This document shows positions 11,256-21,326 of a stretch of DNA of 60,455 nt, in pieces. The stretch comes from Bacteroidales bacterium (lineage in GTDB: Bacteria; Bacteroidota; Bacteroidia; Bacteroidales; UBA7960): NCBI GenBank assembly GCA_003552075.1, contig PUOJ01000056.1, forward strand, positions 1-60,455. The letters are read 5' to 3'. The position numbers and the translations under genes were made by a program. A model generated the notes under the pieces. It saw only the letters and a program-made list of their open reading frames with translations. It was not told where the DNA came from and did no database searches. The number at the start of each line of letters is the position of its first letter. The stretch's first letter is position 1.

Positions 11256-13964
11256 ATGTTTTTTAAAAATGAACGTTATCTTTGTGGTTTAATGATGATG
11301 TACATGTATAAAGTCCGGAAAACCCTCATAAGGATCCTGCCATTGCTGGGTCCGGCCATTTTCTTGTTCCTGCTCCAGGGTTGCTCGACCCAGAAAGACT
11401 CTTTTATTAATCGTGCTTTCCATCAGATTAATGCCAAATACAATGGCTATTTTAACGCGAAAGAAATCTACAATGAGAGTCTGAAAACGCTTTCAGAGGC
11501 ACATGTTGATAATTATGAAGACGTGCTGTCTGTTTTTCGTTATGGAACAGAACAGGATGCTGCCTCCATTAGCGGCAATATGGACGTGATATATGAAAAG
11601 GCGAGCCTGGTTATCCGGAGACACTCCATGGACATCAGGGGCGAAGAGCACAACAAATGGATTGATGAGACTTACTACCTGATCGGTCGCTCACATTTTT
11701 TCAAGCATGATTTTACGCTGGCCATTCTTACTTTTGAGTATATCATCAGGCAATATGATACCAGACGAAGCCATGATGCCAAAGTGTGGATTGCCAAATC
11801 ATATCACGAACAGGAAAGGTATGAACAGGCGCTCAGGTTGTTGGAGACATTGGAACGGCGTTACAGGGATGGTTTACTTAAAGACGAGACTGTGGCAATG
11901 TTTCGCAAGGCGTATGCTGATCATTTTATCAGGCAGGATATGTATGAGCGGGCTGCGGCACAACTGGAAGCCGGATTGCCTTATGTAAAGGGTCGGAACG
12001 AGAGGGCAAGGCTCACTTTCATCCAGGCGCAGCTTTATCAGCATTCAGGCCAATTTGCACGTGCCCAGGAGACATATGAACGGGTGCTGGATATGCGTGC
12101 AAGCAGGGAGATGCGTTTTCAGGCACGCATAGGCATGGCACAAGCCTATGATCCATCTGTGGGCGGCAGTGATTTTATCAGAGATGAATTGATGGACATG
12201 CTGGGCCAAAGCAGATACGAAGAGTTTCAGGACCAAATCTACTATGCATTGGCTCAGTTATACATGCGTCAGGACGATGAAGAAAGCGCAATAGAGCACT
12301 ACCTGATCTCCACAGAGGTCAGCCGTGACAATAATTTACAAAAAGGACTCTCTTTTCTGCGTCTTGGGGAGATATATTTTGAGCAGCCGGATTATGAACA
12401 GGCCAATCTCTATTACGACAGTGCAAATACTTTTTTACCTGCTAGTTACGACGAGATTGAAGTGGTGAGGGAGCGTCAGCAGGTATTATCGGGCCTTGCG
12501 CAGCTAAGTGAAGTAATTGCGGTTGAGGATAGCCTTCAACACCTGGCCTCACTTTCTGATGATGAGCAGCAAGCCATTGTGGCAGAGATTATAAAAGATT
12601 TAGAGGAGCAAGAACGCCAACGCCAGGAGGCTGAGCGGCAAAGACAACAGGAAATGCGGGAAGCTGGCAGAATGGCCAGAGAGGGGCAGCGCGGTGCAGG
12701 GGGGAGCAGGCAAGGTGGTGGATGGTACTTCTATAACACCAGCGCCATGTCCAACGGGGAGATGGAATTTTTCAGCAACTTTGGCGAAAGACCCCTGGAG
12801 GACCTTTGGCGAATCAGCAACAGGCAAATGGCAGCTGCTGATTTTGGCGATTTTGGAGAAATGGAAAGCTTTGATGACTTACTGGCTGGCGAAGAGGATA
12901 CCTTGGACCTGGATGAGCACGATCCGGAGACCTACCTCAGAAACATCCCAAACTCTGAAGAACAAATGGCATTGTCTGTCGAGCGACAGGTGCAAGCCTA
13001 TTTTAACAAGGCCATGCTTTTCAGGGATAGATTGAATGACCTGGAAAATGCCATCCAAAGCTTTACGGAGCTTGTCAATAACTTCGATGGGTCAGGTAAA
13101 GAAATGCAAGCCTACTACTATCTCTACCACATGCATCGCGAAACAGGCAATCATGCTGCCGCAGAACAAATCAAAAATACTCTGCTCGAAAACTACCCGG
13201 ACAGTGAGTATGCCATGATCATTGGCGATCCTGATTATGCAGAAAACATAAGACAAAGGCAAAACCTTGCCAATGAACTGTATGAACAAAGCTATAGCGC
13301 GTTTTTTGCAGGCAGGTACGATATTATCAGCCAGAACAGGGCAGCATTGGATACCCTGGAAGTGGAACGCGAACTGAAAGCCAAATTTTCTTACCTCCAT
13401 GCCATGGCCCTGGGAAAAAATGATGACCATGAGTTGTTTTTGACAGAACTGCAGTACGTGGTAGATAATTATGAGGGAACACCGGTACACCAGCCAGCTT
13501 CTGTTTTACTTGCATCCCTCCATGAGGAGCAGGAGGAACGCCTGGCGGCTGCACCAGAACAAGTTAGCCGCCCAGAGAGAGATCCCATTGAAAGCCCCTA
13601 TGACTATAATCCCGATGCAGTGCACTTTTTTTTGCTACTTGTCCAAACCGAACACCAGGATCCGGCAAGGGTAAGCAATGCCATCACATCCTTCAATGAA
13701 GAGCATTTTGAAGAAGAAAGTCTTTCTGTAAACAATGTGTATTTTGAAGAAGGTAAACAGCTGCTGACCATCACAAACTTTCAAAACATGGAAAGCGGAT
13801 TGGATTATTTTCTGCAATGGCAGGAACACGAACAACTTGAAACCGTTCGATCAGAGCACATTGAGCCATTTGTAATATCTGTAAATAACTATCCAACATT
13901 TTACCAGGATAAGAAAGTTGAGGATTATCGCGTCTTTTTTGATTATTATTATTTGGGAATCTGA
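11256..13964 (+). CDS. porW: TPR-repeat lipoprotein, likely T9SS component PorW/SprE
   Basis: Lipobox LLQGC-STQKDSFINRAFH...YNGYFN at the N-terminus and TPR-like helices. A central charged coiled region is followed by GGWYFYNTSAMSNGEMEFFSNFGERPLEDLWRISNRQ, which I recall as characteristic of SprE/PorW. The true start is probably one of the Met codons at 11292-11304. Confidence 0.65.
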   Translation: MFFKNERYLCGLMMMYMYKVRKTLIRILPLLGPAIFLFLLQGCSTQKDSFINRAFHQINAKYNGYFNAKEIYNESLKTLSEAHVDNYEDVLSVFRYGTEQDAASISGNMDVIYEKASLVIRRHSMDIRGEEHNKWIDETYYLIGRSHFFKHDFTLAILTFEYIIRQYDTRRSHDAKVWIAKSYHEQERYEQALRLLETLERRYRDGLLKDETVAMFRKAYADHFIRQDMYERAAAQLEAGLPYVKGRNERARLTFIQAQLYQHSGQFARAQETYERVLDMRASREMRFQARIGMAQAYDPSVGGSDFIRDELMDMLGQSRYEEFQDQIYYALAQLYMRQDDEESAIEHYLISTEVSRDNNLQKGLSFLRLGEIYFEQPDYEQANLYYDSANTFLPASYDEIEVVRERQQVLSGLAQLSEVIAVEDSLQHLASLSDDEQQAIVAEIIKDLEEQERQRQEAERQRQQEMREAGRMAREGQRGAGGSRQGGGWYFYNTSAMSNGEMEFFSNFGERPLEDLWRISNRQMAAADFGDFGEMESFDDLLAGEEDTLDLDEHDPETYLRNIPNSEEQMALSVERQVQAYFNKAMLFRDRLNDLENAIQSFTELVNNFDGSGKEMQAYYYLYHMHRETGNHAAAEQIKNTLLENYPDSEYAMIIGDPDYAENIRQRQNLANELYEQSYSAFFAGRYDIISQNRAALDTLEVERELKAKFSYLHAMALGKNDDHELFLTELQYVVDNYEGTPVHQPASVLLASLHEEQEERLAAAPEQVSRPERDPIESPYDYNPDAVHFFLLLVQTEHQDPARVSNAITSFNEEHFEEESLSVNNVYFEEGKQLLTITNFQNMESGLDYFLQWQEHEQLETVRSEHIEPFVISVNNYPTFYQDKKVEDYRVFFDYYYLGI

Positions 13965-13987
13965 TAACCGTAATCTGAACTTTTTCT

Positions 13988-13995
13988 TACTTTTG
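13988..13995 (+). promoter_or_regulatory. candidate Bacteroidota -7 promoter element TAnnTTTG upstream of the bactofilin gene
   Basis: TACTTTTG lies 63 nt upstream of the ATG at 14058. Confidence 0.3.
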
Positions 13996-14057
13996 TTTAT
14001 CGTATGCCTGTAAGCCGATAAGGGGAAACGATTAATCTTTAAAATTTAAATGATATC

Positions 14058-14438
14058 ATGGTCAAACAAAAAGAAACAGATCATACGGCGATCAATCTGG
14101 TAGGTTCAGGAACTACCATTAAAGGTGAAATCGAATCAAAGGGAGATATCCGTGTGGATGGGAAAATCATTGGATCAATACGTACCAAAGGAAAGATTGT
14201 TCTTGGTGAAACCGGGGAGATTGAAGGAGATCTGTATTGTGCCAATGCTGACTTTTCGGGCAAGGTCGAAGGAAGGGCAGATGTGTCGGAATTGCTCTCC
14301 TTAAAAGAATCAGCAATTTTCAAGGGTGATATCATTACCAATAAATTATCCATAGAACCGGGTGCGAAGTTTTCGGGTACTTGTTCAATGGATCAGGATA
14401 TAGCTAAGACTGCACAGGATCCCAAAAAAGGTAAATAA
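14058..14438 (+). CDS. bactofilin-family polymer-forming cytoskeletal protein
   Basis: 126 aa. Repetitive beta-helix pattern (G-x-I-x-G-x-I/V ...) typical of the bactofilin/CcmA domain. Confidence 0.78.
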   Translation: MVKQKETDHTAINLVGSGTTIKGEIESKGDIRVDGKIIGSIRTKGKIVLGETGEIEGDLYCANADFSGKVEGRADVSELLSLKESAIFKGDIITNKLSIEPGAKFSGTCSMDQDIAKTAQDPKKGK

Positions 14439-14516
14439 AAGCAGATTGAATTCAAGGGTTCCTTTCAGCCGGTTACAGGGGTTATAAATGAATCCTCATG
14501 AAAGTACATCAAAATC

Positions 14517-14909
14517 ATGTACAAAAGACTGATTCCCTTTGTCAGAAATCTTGCCATTTTATCCATCGTCCTTGTTGCAGTTTACGGTGTATTGATCTTT
14601 TTGTTACCGGATCATTTTGTGACTGATGCATATTATGCTTTTATTCCCTTTTTCTTTTTTGTAACCCTGGCAAGCAGACTGATACTGAACTGGCAGCAAG
14701 CTAAATCCAACCAGGCTTTTGCAAATGGTTTCATTTCGGTGACGATGGTTCGTTTTATGGTATATGTGGCTGTATTGTTGCTCTATTCTTTTAGTTTTCC
14801 TGATGATGCCATTGCTTTTATCATCACCTTTTTTGTGTTCTACTTTATTTATTCTCTTTTTGAGGTATTCCACCTGTATCATAATTTGAAAAATAAGCGT
14901 TATTTTTAA
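14517..14909 (+). CDS. small integral membrane protein in the AtpI/AtpZ position upstream of atpB
   Basis: 130 aa with 4 predicted hydrophobic helices. The assignment is positional only. Confidence 0.4.
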   Translation: MYKRLIPFVRNLAILSIVLVAVYGVLIFLLPDHFVTDAYYAFIPFFFFVTLASRLILNWQQAKSNQAFANGFISVTMVRFMVYVAVLLLYSFSFPDDAIAFIITFFVFYFIYSLFEVFHLYHNLKNKRYF

Positions 14910-14968
14910 GCCGATAAAGCATTTTGCCAATCGATGATTGGCAATGAAAGCTTAAGTTCAAAACCGAT

Positions 14969-16108
14969 ATGATCATTGTGTCTGTAAGCCTGTATGGGGA
15001 TAGAAAAATGGTACGGCATCATTGCCGGATGTGCTTGCTGGCAGTGATGTTGCTGTTTACCCATTTGGCAGCATATGGTGCTGAAAGGGATGTGACTGCA
15101 GGTCAGGCTGAAAAATACGAGCTGGATGCGCGAAAAATCATCGTTGACCATGTGCTTGACAGTTATGAATGGCACCTCTTTGACATAGGTGATCGGAATG
15201 TATCCATTTACTTGCCGGTGATCCTGTTTTATGAAAATGGTTTTTATTTGTTTTCCAGTAAAAGGCTGGCTCATGGCACCAAAGCATATAAAAACTTTGC
15301 CATTGCGCAGGAAGGTCCACATAAAGGACGAATCATCAGAGTACTTGACGATGGATCAACACCCGACCCGCATGCTTCATATATTGTTGACCTGTCTATT
15401 ACAAAAACTGTACTGGCTGTTTTTATTGCCTCCCTGCTTATTTGTCTTCTTTTTGTGAAAGTCGGGGCCAAATACCGGAAAGCAGAGACCTACCATACCC
15501 CAAGAGGACTGCCACTGTTTTTTGAACCAATCATTATGTTTGTAAGAGACCATATTGCCATTCTTGCCATCGGACCTGATCGGTATCACCGCTTTATGCC
15601 TTATCTGCTGACTGTTTTCTTTTTTATTTTTATTAATAACCTGCTGGGACTGGTACCTTTTTTCCCGGGTGGTGTAAATGTCACTGGAAACATCAGTGTA
15701 ACTTTTGTGCTTGCCATGTTTACTTTTTTTACCACTCATTGGTATGCCAACAAAAGTTACTGGAAACACATGTTCAACATGCCTGGTGTGCCTGCCTTCC
15801 TGAAGTTTCCGATACCCGTTATGCCAGTCATCGAAATAGCCGGAGCCTTTATTAAGCCTTTTACCTTGATGATCAGGCTTTTTGCCAACATGACTGCCGG
15901 ACACATGGTTATTCTTAGCCTGACAACGTTGATATTTGTCCTTGGATCAGTAAGCATGGTCATGGGCTATTCCATATCGCCACTGGCAGTGCTGTTTCTG
16001 GTGTTTCTGAACTTCTTGAAAATTCTTGTTTCTTTTTTACAAGCATATATTTTTACGCTTTTTAGTGCGTTCTTTTTCGGGATGGCTGTTCCGAAAGAAA
16101 GCCATTAA
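14969..16108 (+). CDS. atpB: F0F1 ATP synthase subunit a
   Basis: C-terminal LMIRLFANMTAGH motif (the essential Arg) and multiple TM helices, with the long N-terminal extension common in Bacteroidota. The start may instead be the Met at 15008. Confidence 0.9.
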   Translation: MIIVSVSLYGDRKMVRHHCRMCLLAVMLLFTHLAAYGAERDVTAGQAEKYELDARKIIVDHVLDSYEWHLFDIGDRNVSIYLPVILFYENGFYLFSSKRLAHGTKAYKNFAIAQEGPHKGRIIRVLDDGSTPDPHASYIVDLSITKTVLAVFIASLLICLLFVKVGAKYRKAETYHTPRGLPLFFEPIIMFVRDHIAILAIGPDRYHRFMPYLLTVFFFIFINNLLGLVPFFPGGVNVTGNISVTFVLAMFTFFTTHWYANKSYWKHMFNMPGVPAFLKFPIPVMPVIEIAGAFIKPFTLMIRLFANMTAGHMVILSLTTLIFVLGSVSMVMGYSISPLAVLFLVFLNFLKILVSFLQAYIFTLFSAFFFGMAVPKESH

Positions 16109-16132
16109 GGGTAATCACTAAAACCAAAGACC

Positions 16133-16393
16133 ATGAATTATTTATTTGTTTTGCTTGACAGTGTGGGCATTGCGCATGAATGGATGAAACTGGGTGCGGC
16201 ATTAACAGGGGTAATCGCTGTTTTTGGAGCTGCATACGGAATTGCCTCTATCGCCAAAAGTGCCATCGACAACATTGCGCGTCAACCCGAGGCGGGTAAC
16301 GATCTGCGTTCATCCATGGTAGTGGCTGCAGCGCTTATTGAGGGTATCACCTTTTTTGCGCTGGTTATCGTGCTGCTTACCTTGTTCGTATAG
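16133..16393 (+). CDS. atpE: F0F1 ATP synthase subunit c
   Basis: 86 aa hairpin proteolipid with ARQPE loop motif and a conserved carboxylate (LIEG). Confidence 0.92.
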   Translation: MNYLFVLLDSVGIAHEWMKLGAALTGVIAVFGAAYGIASIAKSAIDNIARQPEAGNDLRSSMVVAAALIEGITFFALVIVLLTLFV

Positions 16394-16511
16394 CAGACAA
16401 TGACTTGAGATGATATTGATTGGATATCGATGATCCTACCTGTGCAAGGCACAATGACTTTAGCACTTAAGATTTTTGTCAATCCGGTCGTAACATGTTA
16501 AAATCTTGCTT

Positions 16512-17006
16512 ATGGAACTATTGATGCCTGGTTTGGGACTTATTTTCTGGATGACCGTTGCTTTTGGCATCGTGTTGTTCATTCTGAAAAAATATGCCTG
16601 GGAGCCAATATTGCAGGTGATGTATGCACGTGAACAGCAACTGGAAAAGACATTCACCGACGCAAAGCGGATAGAGCATGAAATGACACAGCTTGATACC
16701 ATGAAAAGCACAAAAATTGCTGAGGCTGAAAAGGCTTATGACGAGATGATTGCCAAAGCCCATGCTGATGCTGAAAAGATCATATCGGAGGCCAGGGAAA
16801 AAGCAGCGGATGAAGCACGCGAGATAGGTGAAAAAACTGAGGAGATGATCGAAAAATATAAAGAGGAAGCTTTCAGGCAGATCAAGTCTCAAATATCCGC
16901 GCTTTCTATGGATATTGCGGAAAAAGTATTGACGGAAGAACTTAGCGACCGCAATAGAAACTCGCACTATGTCAGCAAGTTGCTTGATGAAATTAAAGTC
17001 AACTGA
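16512..17006 (+). CDS. atpF: F0F1 ATP synthase subunit b
   Basis: A single N-terminal TM helix followed by a long charged helix; position in the operon. I prefer the ATG at 16512 over the TTG at 16506. Confidence 0.88.
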   Translation: MELLMPGLGLIFWMTVAFGIVLFILKKYAWEPILQVMYAREQQLEKTFTDAKRIEHEMTQLDTMKSTKIAEAEKAYDEMIAKAHADAEKIISEAREKAADEAREIGEKTEEMIEKYKEEAFRQIKSQISALSMDIAEKVLTEELSDRNRNSHYVSKLLDEIKVN

Positions 17007-17023
17007 CCAGGAAAGCAAATGCC

Positions 17024-17566
17024 ATGCAGCAGCATCACCATATCCTGCATAAACGCTATGCGAAAGCTTTACTTGCACTGGCAGAGGAAAATAATATCCT
17101 TGAAAGGTCCTATGCCGATATGAAATTGGTGTACGGGGCTTTTGCCGGTAACAAGGAGCTTGCGGCCATATTGAAAAGTCCCGTCACACGATTATCTAGA
17201 AAGAACCGGATCATCAGCAGGTTGTTCGAAAATCGTGTACATCCCCTGATATTAAAATACATACAGATCATCATGCGTAAGCAGCGGGGTTTCATGCTTG
17301 AGGGTATTGCTGCTGTTTATCAGGAGGTGTATAAAGAGCATCTCGGGATAGCACGCGTAGACGTAATAACGGCGGTTCCCATGGATGACGTGCTCAGGAG
17401 GCAGGCCATTGATGCAGCCAGGCGCCTTACGGATCATGAAATAGAGTTTAACGAAAGCGTCAATCCTGCCATCATGGGAGGTTTTATCATCAGAATTGGT
17501 GAAAAACAATACAATGCCAGCGTTTATGACAGACTCGTCAAGCTGAAAAAACATTTGAACTTTTAA
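17024..17566 (+). CDS. atpH: F0F1 ATP synthase subunit delta
   Basis: 180 aa, OSCP-like ([12 protein letters not shown]...), positioned between atpF and atpA. Confidence 0.88.
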   Translation: MQQHHHILHKRYAKALLALAEENNILERSYADMKLVYGAFAGNKELAAILKSPVTRLSRKNRIISRLFENRVHPLILKYIQIIMRKQRGFMLEGIAAVYQEVYKEHLGIARVDVITAVPMDDVLRRQAIDAARRLTDHEIEFNESVNPAIMGGFIIRIGEKQYNASVYDRLVKLKKHLNF

Positions 17567-17568
17567 TC

Positions 17569-19176
17569 ATGTCAGACCTGAAACCTTCTGAAATTTCTGC
17601 CATTCTGAGACAGGAGATGGCTGGTTTTCAGCCATCAGCTGAACTGGAGGAGACCGGCACCGTGCTTCAGGTTGGTGATGGAATAGCCCGGGTATATGGG
17701 TTAAGTAACGCCTGGGCAGGTGAGATGGTCCACTGCAATGACAGTGGGCTTAAAGGCGTGGTGCTTAACCTGGAAGAGGACAATGCAGGTGTGGTGCTGT
17801 TGGGCGACTGCCGTGGCCTGAGGGAAGGAGACATTGTAAAGCGTACGGGTCAGATTGTTTCTGTTGGTGTGGGCGAGGGTTTGCTTGGGCGAGTGGTCAA
17901 TACGCTTGGACAACCCTTAGACGAGAAGGGAAAAGTAGAAGGTCCTTTATATGATATGCCACTTGAGCGAAAGGCCCCCGGTGTCATCTACCGTCAACCG
18001 GTAAATGAACCATTGCAAACCGGGATCAAAGCCATAGATGCTATGATTCCCATTGGACGCGGACAACGTGAGCTGATCATTGGCGACCGGCAAACCGGGA
18101 AAACTGGGATGGCGGTAGACACCATTATTAATCAGCGGCGACATTACGAGAAAGGTGAACCTGTTTATTGTGTCTATGTGGCTATCGGTCAAAAAGGATC
18201 CACCGTGGCAGGGGTGGCAGAAAAGCTGGAACAACACGGGGCTATGCCATACACCGTGGTGGTAGCTGCTCCTGCCAGCGCACCTGCATCCATGCAATTT
18301 TTTGCACCTTTCACGGGCATGGCCATCGGAGAGTTTTTCAGGGATACCGGGCGCCATGCCCTGGTGTTTTTTGATGATCTTTCAAAACAAGCGGTGTCCT
18401 ACAGGGAAGTATCCCTGCTGCTTCGCAGGCCGCCAGGAAGGGAAGCTTTCCCGGGTGATGTGTTTTATCTGCACTCCAGACTGCTTGAAAGGGCTGCAAA
18501 AATTATTGCCTCTGATGATATCGCAAAAGAAATGAATGACATCCCCGAATCGATTCAGGATATGGTGCGGGGTGGAGGTTCGCTTACAGCCATTCCCATG
18601 GTGGAAACGCTTGAAGGGGATGTGTCGGCCTATATCCCCACAAACGTCATATCCATAACTGACGGTCAGATCTTTCTCGAAACAGACCTTTTTCATGCTG
18701 GGGTGAGGCCTGCGATCAATGTCGGGGTGTCTGTCAGCAGGGTGGGAGGAAACGCCCAAATGAAAGTCATGAAACGTGTGGCTGGCACGCTTAAGATAGA
18801 CCAGGCACAATATCGCGAACTTGAAGCTTTTTCACGCTTTGGCTCCGATCTGGACCCGGATACGCGCTATGTGCTGGATAAAGGCGTTCGAAACATGGAG
18901 CTGCTGAAACAGCACCAGTATGACCCCATGCCGGTTGAAGAACAAGTGGTCGTGCTCTATTGTGGATCAGAGGGCATGCTGATGGAGCTTCCGGTCTCAA
19001 AAATAAAAATGTTTGAAAAAGAGATTCTCGGATATATGCATGAAAAGCATCCGGATGTGCTGGAGCATCTTAGAAATGATGTGATCACCTCCGAAATACT
19101 GGATGCCATCAAGGATGCGGCCAAGGTGATCCTGGCAAAGATGGTCAGAGAATCACAGGCATCGAGCGGGGCATAA
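17569..19176 (+). CDS. atpA: F0F1 ATP synthase subunit alpha
   Basis: Walker A GDRQTGKT; strongly conserved alpha-subunit sequence throughout. Confidence 0.97.
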   Translation: MSDLKPSEISAILRQEMAGFQPSAELEETGTVLQVGDGIARVYGLSNAWAGEMVHCNDSGLKGVVLNLEEDNAGVVLLGDCRGLREGDIVKRTGQIVSVGVGEGLLGRVVNTLGQPLDEKGKVEGPLYDMPLERKAPGVIYRQPVNEPLQTGIKAIDAMIPIGRGQRELIIGDRQTGKTGMAVDTIINQRRHYEKGEPVYCVYVAIGQKGSTVAGVAEKLEQHGAMPYTVVVAAPASAPASMQFFAPFTGMAIGEFFRDTGRHALVFFDDLSKQAVSYREVSLLLRRPPGREAFPGDVFYLHSRLLERAAKIIASDDIAKEMNDIPESIQDMVRGGGSLTAIPMVETLEGDVSAYIPTNVISITDGQIFLETDLFHAGVRPAINVGVSVSRVGGNAQMKVMKRVAGTLKIDQAQYRELEAFSRFGSDLDPDTRYVLDKGVRNMELLKQHQYDPMPVEEQVVVLYCGSEGMLMELPVSKIKMFEKEILGYMHEKHPDVLEHLRNDVITSEILDAIKDAAKVILAKMVRESQASSGA

Positions 19177-19206
19177 CCTGCGAATACCTATAAAGACAAG
19201 AAAAAC

Positions 19207-20100
19207 ATGCCAGGCCTGAAAGAAGTCAGATCAAGGATCGCATCTGTGCAATCTACCAAGAAAATCACTGGTGCCATGAAAATGGTTGCCGCTTCCAGGC
19301 TTAGACAGGCACAGAATCAGATCTCTCACCTTCGTTTCTATGAGAAAAAGCTGGCCAGAATCCTGCATGACATCATGGAAGTCTTGCCTGTCGAATCTTA
19401 TCAGCACCTGATGATCCCCCCTGACAGTAATGATATGCTTATCATTTGCATTGGATCCAACCGGGGAATGTGTGGTGTGTATAATGCCATGGTTATCAAG
19501 CATACACTAAAGGAAATTCAACGATTTGAAGACGAAGGCTATCGGATAAAGCTTATGACTGTCGGGAAAAAACCATTTGATTTTTTCAGGAAATTACAGT
19601 ATCCCATCCTGATGGCTGATGAAAAGAGTCTAGAAAAATTGAATGCAGAGAAGGCCGCGGTCTTTGCAGATCATGTGAGGGAGGGCTATCTGAAACATCA
19701 TGTGGCGGGTGTGGTAATGATTTATCATCAATTCCGGAATGCCGCTGTGCAAGACTTACGTGTCGAAAAGCTTTTACCGCTTAATATAGAAGAAATGCCT
19801 GCCACACCTTTGGTGAGGCAATGGGATGCAGACGAGCCCGAGCCATTAATTTTAGAACCTTCACCAGAGGAGGTGTGGCATTATATGACATCCAAGTATC
19901 TCCATAACCATTGTTTCAGAATTTTGCTTGACGCTGCTGCATCTGAGCACGGCAGCAGGCTGACAGCCATGCACCAGGCTACGGACAATGCAGACAAGCT
20001 GCTCAGAAATTTGTCATTGTCTTATAACAAAGCCAGGCAGGCTGACATCACCCGGGAGCTTATGGATATCATGGGTGGCGTGCAGTCGGGGATGGGCTGA
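19207..20100 (+). CDS. atpG: F0F1 ATP synthase subunit gamma
   Basis: N-terminal LKEVRSRIASVQSTKKITGAMKMVAASRL and C-terminal ITRELMDI motifs of the gamma subunit. Confidence 0.93.
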   Translation: MPGLKEVRSRIASVQSTKKITGAMKMVAASRLRQAQNQISHLRFYEKKLARILHDIMEVLPVESYQHLMIPPDSNDMLIICIGSNRGMCGVYNAMVIKHTLKEIQRFEDEGYRIKLMTVGKKPFDFFRKLQYPILMADEKSLEKLNAEKAAVFADHVREGYLKHHVAGVVMIYHQFRNAAVQDLRVEKLLPLNIEEMPATPLVRQWDADEPEPLILEPSPEEVWHYMTSKYLHNHCFRILLDAAASEHGSRLTAMHQATDNADKLLRNLSLSYNKARQADITRELMDIMGGVQSGMG

Positions 20101-20104
20101 TTGA

Positions 20105-21067
20105 TTATTTCTCCTTGTTTTTTCTCCTGATTACCTCGGCCATTATGCTGACAGCAATTTCAGCGGGCGTCTCACTCTCTATGGCAACCCCCATGGGCGC
20201 ATCTACCTTTGCCAGTGCCGTCTCTTCGAAGCCTTTGATACGCAGGTTTCCAAAAATGGCATCTACTTTTTTTCGGCTGCCGATCATACCAAGGTACTTT
20301 AATGACAGCGGCAGCAACTGCTCCAGGATGAGCTGGTCAGACGCATGGGAAACCGTCATGATACAGACAAAGGCATTGTCAGGCACCTTCACTTGTGCTG
20401 CAGCATCGCGGTAGGAGATGATTTGTTTATGGTCAGCATCATTGTTATTTTCCAGGGTGGGAAGACCTTGACGGTCGTCGTATACCTCCACGCGAAACCC
20501 CAGCACCTTTGCAACCTTGGTGACGGGGATGCTTACATGACCCCCACCAAAAACAAATAATACAGGCTGCGGATGCAGAACCTCCTCGTAAATCCATTCA
20601 CTGGCAGGGGCGTTCTCCCGATCAGCCTCTTGCTTGCCTTTAAGTGCAGGCGCAAACTGTAACCCCGTCGCATGAATAGTCAGATAACCTGATTGCCCGC
20701 CAGAGAGCGTGGATACGATTTCTGCAATGACCGGTGCATCAGCCTGACCCAGCTTGATGAAAGCATGATGCTGTTCGCCGGCGCAGATTAGCCCTGAAGC
20801 CTGCTCACCGGCATCGGCCGAGTGAATAAGGCGTTTGGTAAAGGCCTTCGGGGCATCGGTTAAAAGGCTTTTCAAGGCCAGCTTCTCTAATGAAAACTCC
20901 ATTGGCCCCCCACCAATGGTACCATATTTCTCACCATGGCTTCCCACGGCCATCTTAAACCCCTTCTTGCCAGGGCTGCTGCCGCGTACCCCGGTAACCA
21001 CTATCAACATGACCGGTTCCTGCCGGTGCAGTTTGTCTTGGATAAATTGCCAAAATTGATTATGCAT
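20105..21067 (-). CDS. XdhC/CoxI-family accessory protein
   Basis: N-terminal XdhC_CoxI-like region (VVTGVRGSSPGKKGFKMAV...GTIGGG) plus a C-terminal Rossmann-like XdhC_C region (VFGGGHVS...). I prefer the Met at 21067 to the ORF start at 21202. Confidence 0.7.
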   Translation of the reverse strand: MHNQFWQFIQDKLHRQEPVMLIVVTGVRGSSPGKKGFKMAVGSHGEKYGTIGGGPMEFSLEKLALKSLLTDAPKAFTKRLIHSADAGEQASGLICAGEQHHAFIKLGQADAPVIAEIVSTLSGGQSGYLTIHATGLQFAPALKGKQEADRENAPASEWIYEEVLHPQPVLFVFGGGHVSIPVTKVAKVLGFRVEVYDDRQGLPTLENNNDADHKQIISYRDAAAQVKVPDNAFVCIMTVSHASDQLILEQLLPLSLKYLGMIGSRKKVDAIFGNLRIKGFEETALAKVDAPMGVAIESETPAEIAVSIMAEVIRRKNKEK

Positions 21068-21326
21068 GGATCCACTAATTGATTTATGATACCATAACTT
21101 TTGCGTGTTCTGTGTGGTCTGAATTTCGATTGAAGGAAGCCATTGCACTGTATTGCGCTCCTGCCCCCTATGCAACAAGTTTTCACAAAGCTCCTGAAGC
21201 AATCAGGTCAGTCATACCCAGCCCGTTTCCAAAGATTTTTCCATGTGTAAACATGCGTAAAGTTAGGCATTCCTTCAGTTTCACAAAAAAAACTATCTTT
21301 ATGGCAAATCAAAAAAAGGACTTTTT

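Noticed and set aside
14969-20100. An ATP synthase operon lacking the beta and epsilon subunits, as a possible degenerate operon.
   Set aside because: A split organisation, with atpB-E-F-H-A-G in one locus and atpD-atpC elsewhere, is the usual arrangement in Bacteroidota. All six genes here look intact.
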